Positions 39,933 through 53,513 of a stretch of 64,000 nt of DNA are shown here, one piece after another (the first letter of the stretch is position 1; each line of letters begins with the position of its first letter). Made by a program: the position numbers and the translations under genes. The notes under the pieces were generated by a model that had not been told where the DNA came from, searched no databases, and saw only the letters and a list, made by a program, of their open reading frames with translations. Source of the DNA: Nageia nagi (Eukaryota; Plantae; Pinophyta); contig JBITNC010000001.1 in assembly GCA_050084985.1 (NCBI GenBank), positions 97,960,001 through 98,024,000 on the forward strand, in the 5' to 3' direction.

Positions 39933-41459
39933 TGTAACAACCCTCTTTTCAAGACCTAAGCTATACAATTGCAATAGTAGGAATGAATTGTCTAGTTGCT
40001 AAAAGGGATATCTAGAATAGTTCCTTAGTGATATTATTTACTCTTGAAGATAAGAAGAGAATGTATTTTTGATATGAACAAAGAATTCCTTACTAAATGG
40101 AATTCATAGTTTGTGTATACAATTAATAATTATTTTAACATTAAGGCTTGCGGAAGAGGTGAAGGATGCCTTACATTCAAATAAAGGAAGAGAATAATAA
40201 TCAATTGAAGTCCAAGGAAGTATTTATAATACTCACCTCCATCGTCTTCACCTATGGCTTAAAAAATAAATATAATATCTAATAAATATAAAACTATTAT
40301 TAGCATCTAAATTTATGATTATGTTGGTAGTATGATTATATAAAATGCTTATAATATGATCATTTTTTGGGGAAGTTGTTGCTTTATAGGAAAGGACACG
40401 AGAAGGAGTTGAAGATCAATATGTCAATTGTGCATAGGCAACTTGCCTCACTTAAAGTGTTTTATTAACTATATTTTAATAAAGAAGATGATATAATTCC
40501 TTCACCTTTTTTAGAGGTTAAAAAGAAAGGAGTCAAGACAAAAAAAAAGAATAAAGGATCCAATAATGATATTCTTTAATGCAAAGTGAAAAAGAATAAG
40601 ATACCTTGAATTAGTAATTTAAAATAAATATTTTATTATGTTCTAACAAAGTCTTACCTCCTATAATGTAAGTTAAGGATTAAAGAAGGGAAAAGCAAAG
40701 ATATTTATTTAATAACTATAGACTTCCTTTTATTAAACTTCAATATAATATATTAACTAATTGATGGGAATGGAAATTAATGTGATATTTCCATTGACAT
40801 AGGAAAAACCTATATTTCAAAGAGGATGATGAAAAGATGAAGATCATTCAAAGAAAAGATGAGACTTGAAGAAGCAAGAAGAGGAAGGCACCTGGTAGCA
40901 GAAGAGACAAAGACATGGTAGCCATTCTGTTACAACAAGGAGGAGAATTATATTATAAGAGGGGAAATTTTCTTTATAGGGTTGTTAAGAGGGGAATGAT
41001 TTCCGAATGTAAACTATATTTTGTGCATGCTTTCTATTGCAAATTTTATATGGAGTTATGTTTCCTTCAATTGGAAGTTGGAATTGGGTGGTTGCCTATG
41101 GTTGAGGTAACCATGTATTATTCTACATCTGAGTTAGGGACTCTTTTAATAAAATATTGTGAATGAATCTAACAATCGATATTTTGTTGCATGTATTCAA
41201 ATCTATTAGGATTTATTATTGTGTTTGATGAATCTTCTATTCTACTGTTACTATGTGAGATTGAATGGATTTGAATATGGGCTCATTATGTTTGAGTATG
41301 TGATCAATTTATATAAATGTTTTTGGGTTGTATGCATTTCTTGTAATATTAGCTAATCTTGAAAAGATGGTTTTAGTTGTTAAGGATTCAAATCATGAAT
41401 CCTTTCAAGGAAGAGTGGAATTGGACAATTTTTTAGGTATGAAAAATTGGGATGTGATA
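39933..41459 (+). repeat. 3' LTR (~1.53 kb) of the outer element
   Basis: TGTAACAAC...GGGATGTGATA, preceded by the PPT and followed by the TSD CTAAG. Confidence 0.9.
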
Positions 41460-41510
41460 CTAAGAGTTGATTATTAAATAGATTATAGGGGAGCCAGCTT
41501 TTTAGATTTA

Positions 41511-41683
41511 ATGTTAGTAGGGTAGGATGAAAGCAAGAAACATGATTACTATTGAAGTATATATATATCATAAAATAAGCAAGAAAATAGGGTTTAAATA
41601 CATAGGCGGGAACATAATAGATTAGGCCTAGAAACCCTAATATTTAATAAACCAACATTAGTAATGTTAATCTAATATTAACA
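41511..41683 (-). repeat. Short LTR-like element (TGTT...AACA); its first ~55 bp recur inverted at about 44043-44097
   Basis: TGTTAGTAGGGTAGGATGAAAGCAAGAAACATGATTACTATTGAAGTATATA versus TATATACTTCAATAGTAATTATGTTTCCTGCTTTCATCCTACCCTACTAGCA. No clean TSD. Confidence 0.5.
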
Positions 41684-41759
41684 TTATATTTTTTTTTTTT
41701 AGATACCTAAAATATCTATATTCTAATTATCATTTCTAACAAATTAGTAGGCACTTAAA

Positions 41760-43170
41760 GTGACCTTTGCATCCAAAATGAAGTGGACCATCATTTAGAG
41801 TTTATTAGCTTTGTCAACAAAATAAAGGTTGAAATTTTATCAAATGAATGTTAAAATTACATTTTTGAATGGAAATATCAAAGAAATAATCTACATGACC
41901 CAACCCAAAGGTGTTGCAGTTTATCAAGTCATCGTATGGTTTAAAACAAAGCCCCCAAAGCTTAGTATGATAACTTATCAAGCACCTCTTGGAAGATAAA
42001 ACCCCAACGATTTAATCTTGATGATGTAACATTTTTTTTGTCAAGAAATTCAACAAAATTATTGTATACCTTTATTAATTCTTATTTAAATTTTAATATA
42101 ACTTTTAATATAAATTATAAATTGTATGTGTAAATGATAGTTTCATAATTAGAAACAATAAGAAGTATATAGCATCAATAAAAAAATACTTGAAAAATTG
42201 ATTTGAAATAATAGAGTAAGACATTTATTACTATATAGGCATTAAAGTGACTCAAAAACCCTAGTTTATTGTTTTCTCTCAACAAAAGTACATTGGAGAA
42301 CTTTTGAACAAGTTTGGATTCTTTGGAATGATAGAGTCTAACCCTAAACAAAAGTTAACAACAAATGATGATACAACGTTTAAAGATGCAAGCAAGAACA
42401 AACAACTTCGTAATCTCATCTTTGTCACAACAGCAATTTCTGATATCTTTTTTGTTGTGAGAGATTTATCAAAATTTGTGCAACAACATCCAACATGTGT
42501 AGTGAGTTCGAGAGAGAGGTAGATGAAAACTCTCAAGTGGATAATGAGAGGCCCCATGTTCAACTCTCCCCCCTTACATGCAGGTGGATATGAAACATAT
42601 GGCGGATGTCAATTCCCCACATAAACTAGTATCTCATCCAAAAACATTGGGTAGCCACAAAAAAAAGTTTTTTATATTTGAAGAACACATAAAATTTTGG
42701 ACTCAAATATTCAAAGACAACCAACTTCAAATTAGTTGAGTCAAATTCAAACTATGCTAGAGACAAAGAAGGTTAAAAATCCACATCAAGTTTTCTAATG
42801 AATCTAGGTTCAACAATAATCTCTTGGAAATCAAGGGAGTAATGAGTTCCAACTTCAACAAGCGGCAGAATACATGACAACTTGATAAGCAACCTCAAAA
42901 TAGTACAACTTTGTAGAAGTAGGTTCATGCATCACTTTTTATGACTAATAATACTTTTGCAATCAAACTAGCCAAAATATAGCTTTTATGACTACACCAA
43001 GCACATAAATACCAAATATCATTTGATTCAACATCAAGTAAAATTGATAATGCAGATACTATCCTACTACGAAACAATCAATCAATATCTTCATCAAAAC
43101 ACTTGAACAAAGAAAGCTCAAAAAATTCAAAGGCATGCTCAAACTATAGGAATGTCACTATAAATAGAAA
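41760..43170 (+). pseudogene. Heavily decayed Copia RT / RNase H remnant
   Basis: YQMNVKITFLNGNIKEIIYMTQPKG, LSQQKYIGELLNKFG, HWVATKKV and TKHINTKYHLI. Confidence 0.75.
42494..42634 (+). mobile_element. Candidate truncated tRNA-derived SINE inserted in the Copia RT remnant
   Basis: Interrupts the RT between ...SKFVQQ and HWVATKK. B-box-like GTTCAACTC. Flanked by CATCCAA at 42487-42493 and 42635-42641. Confidence 0.45.
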
Positions 43171-44987
43171 CATATTTACAACTATGCAAACGATTATTGC
43201 TATTATAAAACAATTGTAAAGTAGTTATAGGAAGTTTTATTTTTCAATTATTTTTACACCAGCATGTCATGTTCCAAGTTGATGTTTTGACAATATAAAT
43301 CTCTTTTGACAACCCATAACCTGGCCTGACAAGTCAAACACATCAATATTACAAATTCACAATCTTGGAAAGAAAGATAAGTTATTGGTTTAGATTTTTT
43401 ATTTGGATAAATATTTATTTTTACAATGTTCATGCTAGAGCAAATCAAATAACCACACATCTACAAAATCAAAAGATAATTATCAAAGAAAGGATACTTC
43501 AACATGCGTATCACATGCAAATGACCAACATTGATTCAGCTAAAAAAAGACTCCATCATATAAGCCTTTGTCCCATAAAATTATATTCAATTTTCATTGT
43601 TACAATCATCATTTTACAATCTTTTCATAAATAATAATTACTTGAAATTCCAATCAATAGGACTTTCATTAATGGGTTAGATTCGTTCAAATCGTAACGG
43701 CAACTAATTGATAGATGAACTTTCAAGTAGAGCAATTGTTTATTAAAAAACAATTGCTGCAATATTACCTGTTAAAATGTATAAATTGAACACATTTAGT
43801 TTTATTAATAGTTTGTATTTTGCTTTTAGCTCAAAACATAGATTAAGCATGTTCAGCTTTTGGGTCATCACATCTTGTTATTAACAACTTTGTTGTACAC
43901 TTATTGTGGCATTCAGACCTCATGAAGCTAAACTCTCTCTAAGGCAACTTAAGCTTTGATACACACTCCCACTGTAGCAATTAGACATTAAATAATAAAT
44001 ACTACTATCTATCAAAACTCTGCAAAAAGCAAATTTTGCTTTGATATATACTTCAATAGTAATTATGTTTCCTGCTTTCATCCTACCCTACTAGCACTAA
44101 TGATAATTTCTGTTGTTCCACGTTTGTCTCCTGAATATTATAATTTCTCAATATAATTTAACATTGCTTCCTTCACAACTAAAAGTCATCCTTATAAGAT
44201 TTAGTTGGTCTAGATCAAAAGCATCTTTATCATATGATCTTTTTGCATTGGATGGTAAAATCAAAAACTCCAATAAAACAAAACAAAATTTGAGAAAGAC
44301 TTGTATACCTAGACTCTCCGAGTATCGCACATTTTTAATGCACTTCACATTGATTAAATCAATGGCTAACAATAATTTAAATGCAGAGCCTGGCAGAAAA
44401 AATTTACATATTATAAGGCTAATAAAGATGCTGAAAAATGTCACAGAATTTCTGAAGCCAAGACCGGTAACGGAAGCGTTATTTATGGATGTTCGGCTTG
44501 AAATATTTGTTGGAAGCTGACATGTTAATTACAAATAAGTAAATCAGGCAAATAGTAAATGAACACTGCAAGGGCAATTTTGTAGTCCTTAGCAGCCTTG
44601 ATTTTTCTCAGCCAGTAATGCAGGCCAAAACAAAAACAGTTGGTTCTTTTAAACTGTACAGTCTTGTCATAATCAACCAAATCAAGTAAACTTTCCCAGA
44701 TGTTAAGAATGTTTTCTCAGACTAAGCAGAAAATCTGATATGCATTGGGTGTAAATTATGGGGTATGCTCCCAAAGAAACACCATGAGAAGTAATATGTT
44801 ACTAAGAATCACCAGTATATTGTATAGGTTTCCATTCCTAACAAGCGAATAGAACTAGATGTAGATGAATAATCATTATCATTAGCCAGCGGAAATGTTA
44901 TCCAAATTTTCTGCAGTTTGCAGGGTATAAAACATATTAACAAAAGTGTTTGCAAGTGAAATAAAAAAATTTTGTCCATTTGTTCCT

Positions 44988-45121
44988 CTATGATGAAGTG
45001 ATTGCAGGTGAACTCTCACAACCAGGGCAATTATGCAAGCTCTCGTGAATGTAGACATCGCACTCAAAGCAAAAATGTTGTTTGCATCTAGGACAAGCAA
45101 GTCTCACCCCAACTCTACTTC
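44988..45121 (-). CDS. GTF2H2: TFIIH subunit p44 (SSL1), coding exon 4 (C-terminal C1-like/RING zinc finger and stop)
   Basis: CAG acceptor at 45124-45122, phase 1. (G)SRVGVRLACPRCKQHFCFECDVYIHESLHNCPGCESSPAITSS*, the canonical p44 C-terminus. Confidence 0.95.
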
Positions 45122-45726
45122 CTGCACATCAATTCCAACAAGGCATTAAAAAATTCTGTCTTGACAATGCAGGGTTGGTCAAGAGTGCCAAACCCAAAAC
45201 TATATCATTTAAGAGAGAGGATGAGCAATTAATCACTTTAGCTAACAGAAATACTATTCCAGTTTAAACTTTTGAAGCTTCAATTAGCTTAGTTAAAACA
45301 GAATTTACTTCATACATGATTCAGATCCCATATTTTAATCAGGTATTTTTATGGTTCAATCAATCATTGATTTAAACTTTAGGTAAAATAGCACTTTAGT
45401 AGTAACAGTAGTCAGTTTATTAATGAGCCAGTTGATTCCAAAACTACAGAAAATTGAATCTCTTTTCACTGGAAAATAATCTTCTGGCAGTGCACAGCCT
45501 CTTGAAGGACGGGCAGTTTTAGCAGCAGCTGCTCCGGCATTTGTACATCTCTCCAGGGAAGATTTTATATTTTATTCAGTATTATAATATGTTTTATTTT
45601 ATGAAATTACTATTCACAGTTCCACTGTTATCCATGTGGCTTATTCATTTGAGTTTTGTCTGTTTAATAAGCCAGTGTAAGCATCTTTTAAGGGGATTCT
45701 AGAAGTATATTGAAGGGTATTCATCC

Positions 45727-45996
45727 CATAGTGGACTGTTAAACTCAAACTTGGGAAAAACTTGGCAAGTATTTGGTTCAATAAAAACTCAGACTCGGCA
45801 AAAACAAGCTCCGGAATAAAAAAATATTGATTTTTTCAAATAACTTGGTAAGCCTCGTGACTCGCAAAAAGCGCAGCAAAATCTAGTTACAACAAAAATT
45901 TGGTGAACCTCAAAAAGTTGAATGTGAGTGTTTTAAATGACTCGGGGTAAGATTATTCACAAGTACTTGCAGGACTCGGAGACTTTGACTACTAGG
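45727..45996. mobile_element. hAT-type MITE in GTF2H2 intron 3
   Basis: 8-bp TSD ATTCATCC at 45719-45726 and 45997-46004. Termini CATAGT.../...ACTACTAGG. Internal ACTCG motifs. Confidence 0.8.
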
Positions 45997-46049
45997 ATTC
46001 ATCCTCACCACTTTCGGAATGTGAGCTAAGAACCGTAATACATAGGTTC

Positions 46050-47790
46050 TGTTGAGGAATGACACATTTGTTGATCTTCCTGAAGGTTGCCCGACTATCT
46101 AGAAGAGACTTGTGGACAAAGCCTCTACCAACCTTGAAACAATCATTTCTAGCTCTTTAGAGGCTGTGGAGACTAAGTTGGGATGGATATAATCATGAGG
46201 TCAGTGATTATGTGGTTGATGATTGACAATTTCGCTGCTGGTGCTCAGAACTCATTTTGACTCTTATTATGGTCATCAAGCATATTGATGGTGTTTTAAA
46301 CCTAGCACCTATTTCATATTCTTAGTAGGGTTTAAAGAATGTGATTGATGGTGGTAGTTTCATGGATATGGTTAAGTCATGTTGATGTGGAAGAGGGTTT
46401 GGAAACCAATCATTACGAATATGAGTGTGATGATGAGGTCACTTCAGCTTGAATTTGCTATTCTCACATTGATGGACATGAGATGTGATGAGGATCCTGA
46501 TTCACACCTGGCCACTGAAGATTTTTCAGATGGTGATGATAACAAATCTCCCTTAGACCCACTTGTTCCTTCTGATTTTTTTGATGAGGATCAACATGCC
46601 ATGGATGACAATGAGCACTACTGAAGATTCTCCTGTGTTTGAGGAAACTCGTGAAATGTTTTCCTCAAGAGTTGGAGAGGACAAAGATGCAGAAGATTGT
46701 ACCAAGCTTCATGTGTAGCTACTGTAGCTTGATGGTTCCATGACCCTTTCAAGGGGTAATTTCATGATGGTTCTTCTCGCATGGAGGATGATGATTCCCT
46801 TTATATGGGTAAAAAAGAGCCCTCAATTGAACCATGTTTTGGATCATCCTCAGGTGGTGTTAGGTAATGCATTGGTTCTATTGAAGAACGTTACGGCTTT
46901 AATACTCTTGATCAATGTGAGTTTATGTTACAAATGATTGTTGTTAATGAGAGTGTCTCTTTTGAGCCCTTTTGGACATCAGAAAGCTTGAGTGGACCCC
47001 TTGTTGTCAAGGGTTTTCAGTGTGCCTTTGGTGTACACTAAACACTTGAGGAGTTGGTCCATCTTCTCAAAGGCTTCGTTACAAAATGTGAAATCATTTC
47101 CTCTAGTGAGGGAGACACCATTATGTTGACAATTTCTTGGAGACAGATTTATATTAGTGGAGGTTCTTGATTTGCCCATCTTCGAGGCAACCTATAAATT
47201 TGAAGAGAATTGTTTTTGTATTTTTCTTGGTCAGACTACATGCCTTTGTTAGGACCTCCTATGCATTTTGGTAAGTAGAGACATTTTACTACTTGGGTGA
47301 GGGTGTCCATGAAAAGCTTGCTACTATGGACTTCTTATTGATTGTACTCGAGCATTTTTCTTCTTCCAAGTTTGACGACTCTCTTGATCACTCAATAGTC
47401 GGATCTTGATGAGGACTATTCAAGATGCTTGTGTTTGTGTTTGTGTTTGTGTTCAAGCACATGGAACCTTGTGGTGTTGGTCATAACAACACCAGTAGGG
47501 CAACTCAAGGGAAGGAGTGGCCAGTGGCTTAAAGCTCTCATGAACTTGTTCAAGTCTGCAGAAGTCTTTTTCCTACATCAATAAATCATCTACACCACTT
47601 TCAAGCAATAGCTACGATTAAGAGTCGTGTTGAATGCAATGTGACATCATCAATGTCCCCTACCCAATAATAGGCATGGAGGGGTGTTAGATGATAATAC
47701 CATTATCTACATAACCTTTAGTAAGGTCTACATTATGTAGCCTCACCTTACTTAATGTCAATAAGAATAAAATGTGGGCCAACACTTCCT
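46050..47790 (+). mobile_element. Possible non-autonomous LTR-element remnant
   Basis: D/E-rich broken ORFs; PPT-like GGAGGGGG followed by TGTTAG at about 47695. No partner LTR or TSD found. Confidence 0.3.
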
Positions 47791-50186
47791 AGGTAGTATT
47801 GGAAATTATAACTCGTAATTAAAGGAGTACCCCAAAGCCTAAAATGCCATGACTCACAAAATCCTTTTAATAAGAAATAATTTCCTCATTTTGTTCTTCT
47901 TCAACTAGTGTGTTGTACGATATTTCTGTGTTCTCTAACTGATTGCAGTGGTTAGAATAGTTTCTTTATTTGTTTCAAGGCAGAAGAGAACCATTGGATG
48001 GAGCGGGAAAGTCATCATCATAACCCAAAGAATAACAAGCACAGTAGCATGGGTCCATAGAGCAATCTTCTATGCATAGGCACAACTAATGATTATCTGT
48101 CACCAAACAGTTTATGGAAACACAAGAGGGATGGTGCAAAGATTGTTTTTCCTATGTCCCTCTCAGGTACCCTCTAAGCAATGCTTCTGTAACAATTATG
48201 GAGTTTGTTTATTCAAATCATTTTCAGATCATTATTTTTGGATAGTTAAACAAGTCTTCTATTTGATATATTTGATACACGCATGTGAATGTGATGCACC
48301 AGTGTTATATTTCTCTGCATACATTCAGTCTTGTAACTCCAAACTATCCGACCTTTTCCATTTCAATGCATATTCCCTGATCCAACCAGCTGCTTTGAGT
48401 CATTGATTTGTATCCTAAAACATTAATTTTTGTTGATGATTAGACATGTGAAGACCTGATTCCTCCCCCTTTTAATAGAAAAGTAATATCAGAAAAGATT
48501 GGTGATTGCTGATTCAAAATTCCTGTCAGACTACAGTGCAAGAAAGTCCTGCAGCCCTGAAGTTTTAACACATCTGAAATGGAGATATGGAGAGCACTAC
48601 AGAACAATTGACATTATGAAGTTAACTTTACATAGGGTCAATACAAATGGGTTGAACTTCATGTAAAGCATCACTTACGCTGCTGATGCTGACCTTCTAG
48701 GCAATTTACTTGAATGATTAATCTCCTCTTTAAAGGAGTAATGACAGGACCAGAAAGGCAACATATATGTGAATCTCTTACATTTGACAAGCTTATGATT
48801 CATCATTTAGTTTCATTACAATTTTCTTATTGTAGTTTATGCTTGGAACATTGGAAAGATTGACTTCAAAAGAATAATCATTGTTTAGTGATTCTGGGAT
48901 GGTTATAAATTCCTAACACAAAACACTGTAGGAAAATACCATGCTAAAACACAGGCATGAATTAATAAAAAAAAAACATATCACCTATGCAATTTAAATG
49001 CAAACTTTTGACTGCTTCATCCTTCTTTAGTTTTCTTTGCTAAGTAAATGGTCTGTTGGGGTGTTTTTCTTTCCTACCCTGAAGCAATGAGAAAAATGCC
49101 AACACCTCAGGTGGAGCGACGTTACTCCCTCCTGCTATGGGGACTGGTTACCCCAAAGGTTAGCTTCACGAGTTATGCGAGAATAACCCAGGAGACGGCT
49201 GAGATGCTTAGAGCTGCCACCAACATGAATATCATGTGTGGATTCAAGGGACTCTGAGTTCTATGTTCAGGCTTCAACGAGGTTGTTTCTGAGAATGCTG
49301 CAAAGGGAAATTAGGGGTGCGAAAACCACGGAAAAAAGGTGTAAATAAAAGTAAAATGAAACCAAAAAAAATGGTGGAAAGACTGTGGCAAGTCAGATGC
49401 AATAGTGGGCATACAAACTCATGGGCTTGAGACAAGTCCTCGGAAGTCAACTCAATTAGACTCGTTGCAGGTTCCTAGGACCCACTCTCCAATCCACTAG
49501 CCAACAACACGAATAGCTTAGTGGATGCAGCGTGAAGCTATGGCGAGAAGACAAGATGAGACAAGGGCAGAACGGAAGGACCTGGGTGAAGTTCCTATGG
49601 TGAGTGACATTAGTGAGACATTCCGGTGTGACAAACCCTAAACTACAAATAGTGAAGTACCATTAACAAGACATCAACCAATCACTTCACAAGATATCCA
49701 AACAATCTCTTGTCCACTTCAATGAAGTTTACAAGATGCACCAAGTAAATTGAATTAACTCCAAGCAACAATAGAACAAACACAGATAGCACTATCAACC
49801 ATTCATTCGTATTCACTATCTCAACATGAGCAAGCATCTAATCACAATAGCATCCACATACACCACATTTAACAATTAAGAGAAATTTTGAGTAGCACGC
49901 AAAGTTCTTTCCAATTGTTAAAGTGTCAATCCCCCTTACAAATGAATCAAAATGGTGTATAAATAGTTTTAGGAGCAACCAACAATGTTGCCTTAACCCT
50001 AATCACGAGTCTCAAGAAAACGAAATGCGATCCAATAAACATGTGCCATTTGGCATTATAAAATCTCTTCCAAACTCGCGAGAGCAAATCCTCATCCTTC
50101 ATGAGTTTGGGAATAAAATAATATTAAAAATGTCTAGCTAGAGAATAAAAAATTTTATGAAAATAAACTAAAATAATTTGAAATAA

Positions 50187-53100
50187 CTAGGCCAATGGTG
50201 GGCCAAGGGCCGCAACTCGATCCTCGAAGCCATCAGCTAGGAATCTCGCCGTAAGTTCCAAACCACGCAACATCTCTGAGAACTTGGGCTTGCTCACAGC
50301 AACGCTCACAACAACACTGTCCTCAACCTCGTCCACCAGCTTCTACATCTCGGCCTTCCATGCATGAGCTTGGAACATGTGTCTCAAGTGACTCCCGGAC
50401 TAGTAGGAGTTCACATCCTCTATCAAAATCAAGCTATGGAGAAGGTGTCTAACCTCAATCACTACCACGTCTACTTCCTAAATGGTGGTGTCTTCCGCTA
50501 AGAACTACACCTGAAATTCCATGTGCTCAATACACAAGTGGGTCCTATCGTTGACCGTAGCTACCTCCTTCTTGGTCTCCTGGAAGCAAGTGAGCACCTG
50601 ATTATTCATGCCCCAATAGAACCAATAATCCTCGCAAAACATAACATCCTCGAGCTTTTGAGACTGTGTTGCTTCAAATCTCAGTATCACGGGTCTCCGG
50701 GAGTCTAAAATCCTGTGGAGTCTGACCCTCTCGATCACGATGTGTTTCAACTTTTCCTCCTCGAGTGAGACCTTATGCAGAGCTTCAACAAACTACCTCA
50801 ATACTGCCAAGACTTCTTCAATCACTTCATGTTTCACTACCATCATGCCTTCCTTGAGGGCTTTCACCTTCCGGTGCTTCTCTATATGTACCTTGGCTGA
50901 CTCAAGCTTGCGGGTCAATCTCCTCTAGGCAGCTAACTCTTTGTTCAAGCTCTTTATCTCCTTTTCCTTCAATAAACCGTCCTTGGCAATTGACTTTGTG
51001 TTCAAGATGATTGCATGCTTCCTGCCAATCACACCAATGGGACCCGTATTGATGATCTGGTTGATTTGCTTCAAGTCTCTAGGGCACTAAGGGTTATCCT
51101 TGTCAAACACTAAAGTCTTGATGTATATTGCATTATCAATCATGTGCACATAGGTCTGACTCTTCCCCAAGCAAGTAGAACTTTCCCCCACCTGATCATT
51201 AGGTTCCTTAACTTCGAACTTCTCCTCGATGTCCATGTTAAAGACGTCAAGGCACTTATCCATATCCACACCCCATTCATAATTGGGCGAAGGTTGATGG
51301 GTCTCAACAACTACATCTACAATAGTGATGGCATTTTTCTTGACTCTCTTTGAAGGCCTCTCTTCTTGTTCTGCAACTTCCCCGAATGTCACTGACGATC
51401 TAGACTGAGATTCCCTTTTCAATTGAGCTCTCTTTGGTACTGACTCATGGGTTGGATCTTTGTTCTTCCTTTAAGATGTTGAAGGCTCCGATAAAGTATG
51501 GTTGTGAACCTCCCTCAATATCAAAAAGGACGATTCTTCTTCACCTTGGGCATCCTGAATATCTTCTCTGGGAACGGTACTAGCTGCGTGCTCATTTCCT
51601 AGCTCTTCATTGGACTCATCCTCAGATATGCTCTCATATTCCCCTTCTCCAAGTATGCTTTAATGATCTTCATCTTCCTACTCTCCTGCTTGTTCTTTCT
51701 CAAGGGTGTTGTCAGGTTCGTACAAGTAGCCCAAGGATTTTGATCTTGAAGGTGGAACAGTTTGATATGTGCGTGATACTACTCCTCTTGGCGGCCTCTG
51801 GGGTGGTGATGGATCCGCTTCTCTGTTCCTGACACACCTCACCACCTTGTCGGTGGCCACACGCTCTAACGTCCTCACATCATGTTCATCAACTGTGTCT
51901 CTAACCTACTGCACTACCTGCTCAACTGGATTCTTCTCATGCATGGATGTGTATTTCCCAATAGTTTCATCAATCGCCGATGGAAACTGAGTGACTCTAG
52001 ATGTAGATTCTTGTGGCTTCTTCCCCCAAGACGGAGACAACCTCTTATCGATAGACGCCTCAACTTCTCGTTGTTGCTTTTGGGCCTCTTCTTGCATCTT
52101 GGCATGGATCTTCTTCACTTCCACTTCATTGTTGCCATTCCAAAACGGCTCCTCATCTCTAAGTGGCCTATGCTCATAGGCTCTCTTCCTCTCCTTCATG
52201 TAGAATTCGTGGATTTGGTGCTCAAGATCATAGTGGCTGGCGGTTGGCATCTTCTTGAAGTTGTACTTCCCCAACTCCTCTATCATGGAATTCACATCCA
52301 CCCATGCTCTGAACTGGTACTCTCCCACTATGATCGGCAAATTGGAAGTGGCTAACTTCTTCTACCAAACATGCTCATGCAGGTAGGTCAACTGCCTCAT
52401 CATCTCCATCAAGAGCATCCTATTGCTTACATACCAGGGCAGTTGGTATGGCTCTATGGCTGATCCATAGAGTTGAATATAGAAGTAATGTTGGTGATGG
52501 ATGAAAAAGTCCCCATGTTTCCTTAACGCATCCTGGGCTGAATTGTTGATCCTAGCAATAGTGATTTCTCCCTTGAGCTCCTTGTAGATCTCATACTCCC
52601 ATCCATCACTCTTCATCGTGAAGTTCTCCCGTCTCCTTTCGATCCTCCATTCAGGGTAGCACTTTCATATGGCATATGTTCCTTTCTAAATCAAGTTTGC
52701 CTCCCCTAAAGTTGTAGGTCGTGTTTACCATGTAGTAGCAGGTATACCAAATACAAATTGAGGAAGAATTTGTGTGTGGTCCCCAACAATGACAGTTGGT
52801 CCATGATGCTATCACTCAATACCTTACTCCACTTGATCTTCTTCCCTCTAGAAATTTCCACAATGAAGCCAAAGAATTCCTTCCGAAATTAGGATGCATC
52901 CTCCTTCTCGAGAACTCTTGACAACATGAGGATCATTAACAACACGGACGGGTACAAGTAAGAGCGAGGGGCATTGATGAGTGCATTTCCCTTCAGGCCG
53001 TGGTGTTCCTCCAACATCCAACTCTTGATTGTCATGGCTGCCCTATTGGTGTCTCAATAGCATGCTAAGGACTTTGCCTCAATATATTCAAAGTTGCTCT

Positions 53101-53513
53101 GCGAAGTCCACTGAAATGTTGTCTTGATGGCTTCAGGGGCTGAAGTCCATGATGACATTGCCTGTGATGTCACAAAGCACTTTCTCACCCTTCTTCCAAT
53201 GTTGGCCGACTTCCACGCACAACTCTGGGAACGGAGCTACGAATGGGAAGAAGGTGAAGTTTGAAAGCCCAGAGAATAAGACAATGTCCTATTTCAACTC
53301 ATAGATCGATCGGTTCCTAATCTTCTCCCTCATCTGCATGGGATCCACCTTCTGCCAGTCTACATCTTTGATGGTGGCCAGTCGATTCTTGGAGAACCTA
53401 GCCCCCTAGGGCAAGGAGTCTTGCCACTCACATATGGTGATGATACAATCTTGCCTGATGGTCTCTAGGTCACATGCATAGTCCTTGGCCGAATTGCTCT
53501 TAGAAGTGGTCAT
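50187..53513 (-). pseudogene. Decayed ~1,100-codon accessory ORF of unknown function
   Basis: ATG at 53513 (MTTSKSNSAKDY...) through FPFVAPFPELCVEVGQHW, ILMLSRVL, IKWSKVLSDSIMDQL and HGDFFIHHQHYFYIQLYG, then a charged/coiled-coil C-terminus, to TAG at 50187. Several stops and frameshifts. Confidence 0.7.

Larger units (their letters stand above)
3096..41459 (+). mobile_element. Large LTR retrotransposon (Gypsy-like, non-autonomous or decayed) hosting nested insertions; TSD CTAAG
   Basis: Paired LTRs at 3096-4685 and 39933-41459. PBS-like TACGGTATTAGAGAC after the 5' LTR. PPT AGGGGGAAG before the 3' LTR. CTAAG at 3091-3095 and 41460-41464. Confidence 0.9.

Noticed and set aside
44113-44520. 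135-aa ORF as a gene
   Set aside because: Non-ATG start, no recognisable motif, AT-rich sequence downstream of GTF2H2.
45480-45560. GC-rich patch as an additional exon
   Set aside because: The GTF2H2 protein is complete without it, and no clear splice context or homology was recognised.
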